Origin: an uncultured Gemmatimonadales bacterium | GTDB lineage: Bacteria > Gemmatimonadota > Gemmatimonadetes > Gemmatimonadales > GWC2-71-9 | Direction: 5' to 3' | NCBI GenBank assembly: GCA_963828735.1 | Contig: CAWHFW010000005.1 | Location: 2,592,001 to 2,656,000 of the forward strand | DNA: 64,000 nt | Part shown: piece by piece, positions 59,868 to 64,000 of the stretch | Layout of the letters: each line of letters begins with the position of its first letter | How positions within the stretch are numbered: position 1 is the first letter of the stretch | Program-made: the position numbers and the translations under genes | The notes under the pieces: generated by a model | The model's input: only the letters and a program-made list of their open reading frames with translations | The model's database searches: none | Told to the model about the DNA's origin: nothing

Positions 59868-61462
59868 CGCTCCCCATCGCGCGGCGCCTGGCGGCGCCGA
59901 TCGCGGCACTGCTGGCGCTCGGCTCCGTGAGTCTCGCGCGCGCCCAGGACGCGCCCCCGGCCGACTTCGACAAGTATGCCCGCGCCGCGCTGCCGATGTT
60001 CGACACGCCCGGCGCCGCGGTCGCGGTCGTGAAGGACGGACGAGTCGTGCTCGCCAAGGGCTATGGCCTCCGCAAGCTCGGGGAATCCGCCCCGGTGGAC
60101 GCACACACGCTGTTCCAGATCGCCTCGAACACCAAGGCGTTCACGACGGCCGCGCTGGCGATGCTGGTGGACGAGGGGCACCTGGCCTGGGACGACCGGG
60201 TGACGCAGCACCTGCCGTGGTTTCAGCTCTCCGATCCGTACGTGACGCGTGAGCTCACCGTGCGCGATCTCTTGACGCATCGGAGCGGGCTCGGCCTCGG
60301 GGCGGGGGACCTGCTCTGGTACCACTCCGAGTATTCCCGCGACACCATCCTTCGCCGAATCCGCTACGCCAAGGTGGCGTCCAGCTTCCGCAGCGAGTAC
60401 GCCTACGACAACGTCCTGTACGTCGCGGCGGGCGAGGTGATCCCGGCGATCACCGGCCTGAGCTGGGAGGACTTCATCCGCCGCCGTATCCTCGAGCCGC
60501 TCGGCATGCGGGAGGCCCGGCTGACCGCCCAGAACGTCCGGCCGGACGACAACTTCGCGGCGGCGCACGCGATGGTGGAGGGGAAGCTGGCGGTCGTGCC
60601 GCGGGACACCTTCGAGGCCACCAACGCCGCCGGCGGGGTCGTCGCCAGCGTGTCCGAGCTGGCCAAGTGGATGACCGTGCAGCTTGATTCGGGTCGCGTG
60701 GGCGATGGGGGCAAGCGCCTCTGGAGCACCGAGCGGACACGCGAGATGTGGACCGGGCAGACGATCATGCCGGCTCCCGACCTGCCGCCAGCGCTCGATG
60801 CCTACGAGCCCACCTTCCTCCTGTACGGCCTCGGCTGGGACCTGCGCGACTATCGCGGCCACGAGCTGGTGACGCACACCGGTGGCGTCGACGGCATGAC
60901 GTCGCGCACGCTGCTGGTCCCCGACGCGAGGCTCGGCATCATCGTGCTCACCAACGGCGAGTCGCCGCTCAGCACGGCGCTCGCCTGGCGGCTGCTGGAC
61001 CACTACCTGAAGGCGCCGAAAACCGATTGGGCCGGCGCTCTCGCGAAGTACGTGAGGAGCCTCGAGGCCGACGCGAAGAAAACAGAGGCGGCGGCCGCGG
61101 CCTCGCGCGACTCGACGTCGCGTCCCTCGCTGCCGCTCGAGCGGTACGCGGGACGCTACAATGACCAGATGTACGGGGATGTGACCATCGCGAAGGACGG
61201 CGACCATCTTGTGCTGAGCTTCAGCCATTCGCCCGCGCTCACGGGCGACCTGAAGCACTGGCAGTACGATACCTTCGTGGCCCACTGGGGCCAGCGGAAC
61301 ATCCCAGACGCCTACGTGACGTTCGCGCTGGGGCCCGACGGGTCGATCAAGACGATGGAGATGGCCGCCGTGAGCCCCCTGGCCGACTTCAGCTACGACT
61401 TCCAGGACCTGCTGTTCAAGCCCGCCGCGTCGCCCGCCGCACCGCCGGAGGGGCGGCCCTAG
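59864..61462 (+). CDS. Secreted serine hydrolase (S12) with DUF3471-like C-terminus
   Basis: ATGA overlap with the previous gene; SNTK, YDN, HTGG; ADFSYDFQDLLF. Confidence 0.92.
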   Translation: MTLPIARRLAAPIAALLALGSVSLARAQDAPPADFDKYARAALPMFDTPGAAVAVVKDGRVVLAKGYGLRKLGESAPVDAHTLFQIASNTKAFTTAALAMLVDEGHLAWDDRVTQHLPWFQLSDPYVTRELTVRDLLTHRSGLGLGAGDLLWYHSEYSRDTILRRIRYAKVASSFRSEYAYDNVLYVAAGEVIPAITGLSWEDFIRRRILEPLGMREARLTAQNVRPDDNFAAAHAMVEGKLAVVPRDTFEATNAAGGVVASVSELAKWMTVQLDSGRVGDGGKRLWSTERTREMWTGQTIMPAPDLPPALDAYEPTFLLYGLGWDLRDYRGHELVTHTGGVDGMTSRTLLVPDARLGIIVLTNGESPLSTALAWRLLDHYLKAPKTDWAGALAKYVRSLEADAKKTEAAAAASRDSTSRPSLPLERYAGRYNDQMYGDVTIAKDGDHLVLSFSHSPALTGDLKHWQYDTFVAHWGQRNIPDAYVTFALGPDGSIKTMEMAAVSPLADFSYDFQDLLFKPAASPAAPPEGRP

Positions 61463-61474
61463 CGGCGCGGATCG

Positions 61475-63940
61475 CTATTGTCCCTGCGCCGCCGAGGAAA
61501 GCTGCTCGAAGGTGAGGTTCTGAATCCGGTAGCGGCGCCAGTCCTGATAATCGAAATGCCACCACTCGGCCTCATAGACGGTGAAGCCCTGGGCCTCCAT
61601 CGCGTGGCGCAGCAGGTCGCGCAGCCACCGCTGCCGCGACGTACCGCCCGGATAAAGCGGGTAGGAGCGGTCGCTCATCTCGTCGTAGCCGCCCGTCATG
61701 CCGACGGGCCGTCCGCTCTTCAAGTCGTAGAGCGTGATGTCGACGGCGCAGCCGCGGTTGTGTCGTGATCCCTGCGACGGATCGGCGACGAACAGATGCT
61801 GCTCCGTGGGCGTGGCGTCCCAGAACACCTTGGTCACGTACCACGGCCGGTAAGAGTCGTGCACCAGCAGGCCGTAGCCGAGCCGCTTGAGGGCGCGAGA
61901 AGCGCGGGCGACCGCCTCTGCCGCGGGGCGCTGCATGAAGGCGTGCGCGGAGCTGTAGAGCGGCGTGCTCAAGAAGTTGTTCGACGTCGCGTAGCGAATA
62001 TCATAGCGGATGCTCGGGTCCAGGGTCCGTAGCTCGACCAGGTCCGACGGCAGGAAGTCACCCGTCTCCTCCGGTGGCTGAGCGGACAGCGCAGTGGCGC
62101 GGAGCGTCGGGATCGGCGCCACCGGCGTGATGTGGAAGCTCGTCCGTTGGTCATCCGTGGGGAGCGGCCGGCGCTTGAAGGGGACGGTCGCTACCACCGC
62201 ATCGGTAGCCCGCCCGTCTGGGCCGCGCCGGAAGACGATCTCCTGGCCGTCGTACAATCCCCTGCGCGGGAACCGATAGACGTCGCGGGAGGCGCGCTCG
62301 AGCGGGTATTCGAAAAACCACTCGATCAGTGCGTTCAGCTTCCCGTCCTTCTCGCGAATGTACAGGACATCGTGGTCCCAGCCGTACTCGCCGATGAGGC
62401 CGGCGAATGCGTCCGCCGCCGCTGCCGGCTTCGGCCCCGCCATCGGCACGGCCTCCGACCCCGGAGTCGGAAGCCGGACCAGCGTATCGGTGCCGAGGAC
62501 GATCCGTCCGTGGCCCAGCGCCTGAACCCGGGTGCCTTCGCCGGGCTGATCATCTCCGACCAGCTCGGTCGGCGCTCGGCCGCTGTCGGCATTCGCGGGT
62601 CCGGCCACGCGCAACTCTGCCCGGGTACCTCCTCCGATCGGCGTCAGGTAGAGCTTGCCTTCGTACTCCTCCAGATCCACCCCGTTCTGGCCCCTCGCGT
62701 ACCGGCCCATGAGGCCGAGTGCCTGCGCTCTGGTCAGGGGGCTGGTGGTCGGCTGCGACGGGAGCGGTTCGCCGGCGCGGGCCGCCAACAGCATCCGCAG
62801 GGCCGCCGAGGCGATGTCGTCGGTCACGGCGTTCATCACGTCGAGGGAGGCGACCACGACCACGCCGAGCGAGTCGTCCGGGAGCGCGAGAAGCGTGGTG
62901 GCGAAGCCGTAGATCGCGCCATCGTGTCCGACGGCGCGGTGGCCATTCAATCGACCGACCCAGAAGCCGATCCCGATACCGCTGGTGTCGCCCGGGGACG
63001 CGTATTGCGGTGTCCACATCGAGTCGAGCGTGGCCTTCGCCAGCACCCGGTGGCCATCGGGGGTGGCGCCACCGGCGAAGAGAACGGAAAGGAAGCGGCC
63101 GAGGTCGAGGACGCTGGTGTAGAGGCTGCCGGCGGGCCCCTCGCCGAGCTGGAACGTGGGCGCGGCGAAGCGCCGGCCATGAAGCGTCCACATCTGTCCC
63201 GACGCCAGATGTGGCTCGAGCCGGGGAAGCGGCTCGAATGCGCTCTGACTCATGCCCATCGGCTCGAGCACGGTATGCTGGAGATAGTCGCCGAAGGGCT
63301 CGCCCCGTGTCCGCTCGAGCACGTATCCAAGCACGGCCACGCCGGCGTTGGAGTACTTGGTATGTGCGGCCGGAGGATACACCAGCTTGGTGCCATTGAG
63401 ACTCGCGACCGTGGCCGCCAGCGTCGGCTGGGTATCGTCGAAATAGTGGCCGACCGGGGGTTCTCGGGTGAGGCCTGAGCGGTGCGAGGTGAGCTCGCGG
63501 AGGGTGATGTCGCCGCCGAAGGGGTTCGTCGGCTGGAAGTCGGCAAGGTATCGGCGGACCGGCGCGTCCAGCGCCAACTCTTTGCGTTCGACGAGCTGCA
63601 TGACGGCCATGTCGGTAAACAGCTTCGAGACCGAGCCGACGCGGTAGACGGTCGCTGCGTCCGCTGCCACCCCGGCGGCAGAGTCCGCCCAGCCGAACCC
63701 GCGGGCCCAAACGATGCGGCTTCCATCCACCAGGGCCAGCGAGATCGCCGGGATGCCGTGTTGCGCCCGCAGTCGCTCGATCGTCGGAGTCAGCGCGCCG
63801 GCGACCTCCGCGTAGCGCGCCTGCGGATCGACCGCGGTTTGCGATGCGGCGGCACGCGGCAGCAGGGCAAGGCCGATGAGTCCGAGTGTCAGCCGGGCAC
63901 GATGACGTGACAGCGGTTCGGGCGCTGCAGGACCTGCCAC
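61475..63940 (-). CDS. Fusion of serine hydrolase (S12) and M15 D-Ala-D-Ala dipeptidase (VanX/DdpX-like)
   Basis: SVSK, YSN, HDG; C-terminal DIRYATSNNF, DSYRP, SRHNRGCAVD, EAEWWHF. Confidence 0.92.
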   Translation of the reverse strand: MAGPAAPEPLSRHRARLTLGLIGLALLPRAAASQTAVDPQARYAEVAGALTPTIERLRAQHGIPAISLALVDGSRIVWARGFGWADSAAGVAADAATVYRVGSVSKLFTDMAVMQLVERKELALDAPVRRYLADFQPTNPFGGDITLRELTSHRSGLTREPPVGHYFDDTQPTLAATVASLNGTKLVYPPAAHTKYSNAGVAVLGYVLERTRGEPFGDYLQHTVLEPMGMSQSAFEPLPRLEPHLASGQMWTLHGRRFAAPTFQLGEGPAGSLYTSVLDLGRFLSVLFAGGATPDGHRVLAKATLDSMWTPQYASPGDTSGIGIGFWVGRLNGHRAVGHDGAIYGFATTLLALPDDSLGVVVVASLDVMNAVTDDIASAALRMLLAARAGEPLPSQPTTSPLTRAQALGLMGRYARGQNGVDLEEYEGKLYLTPIGGGTRAELRVAGPANADSGRAPTELVGDDQPGEGTRVQALGHGRIVLGTDTLVRLPTPGSEAVPMAGPKPAAAADAFAGLIGEYGWDHDVLYIREKDGKLNALIEWFFEYPLERASRDVYRFPRRGLYDGQEIVFRRGPDGRATDAVVATVPFKRRPLPTDDQRTSFHITPVAPIPTLRATALSAQPPEETGDFLPSDLVELRTLDPSIRYDIRYATSNNFLSTPLYSSAHAFMQRPAAEAVARASRALKRLGYGLLVHDSYRPWYVTKVFWDATPTEQHLFVADPSQGSRHNRGCAVDITLYDLKSGRPVGMTGGYDEMSDRSYPLYPGGTSRQRWLRDLLRHAMEAQGFTVYEAEWWHFDYQDWRRYRIQNLTFEQLSSAAQGQ

Positions 63941-64000
63941 CGGAGCCTCCAGACTGCTGTTTATGCCGAGCGCGTCGCCTGCCGGGCCGTCTCGGCGAGC

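Noticed and set aside
43133..63940. Antibiotic-resistance island (MBL fold, beta-lactamase folds, VanX)
   Set aside because: No mobile element, no vanHA/vanRS, and the proteins resemble general hydrolase subfamilies rather than clinical beta-lactamases.
1..64000. CRISPR arrays, tRNA/rRNA, integrases, transposases, defence or phage genes
   Set aside because: No regularly spaced repeats or recognisable motifs seen by eye; dedicated scans were not possible.

Overview
High-GC, gene-dense bacterial window. The gene content (SusC/SusD outside Bacteroidota, several Hanks kinases with TPR or TolB-like tails, many secreted peptidases) suggests Gemmatimonadota, but that is an inference. Main blocks: (1) a 5'-truncated NdvB/Cgs-type cyclic beta-1,2-glucan synthase; (2) a glycoside uptake locus at 10.8-24.8 kb (TonB receptor, secreted GH65, an unclassified six-hairpin glycosidase, Na+:solute symporter, divergent sugar ABC transporter); (3) a signalling and miscellaneous stretch with three Ser/Thr kinases, PP2C, a MASE1-PAS hybrid kinase, a RhaEW-like enzyme and a four-domain multicopper oxidase with inverted motif order; (4) the best candidate for an undescribed system at 47.4-63.9 kb: a PUL-like SusC/SusD pair and a GntR regulator surrounded by five beta-lactamase-fold (S12) serine hydrolases, a D-aminoacylase and a VanX-type D,D-dipeptidase domain, with no CAZyme, i.e. 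a putative D-amino-acid-peptide utilisation locus. Several genes are broken by clustered single-base indels that look like long-read errors. No rRNA, tRNA, CRISPR array or transposase was recognised. All family calls come from motif recognition by eye, not from database searches.
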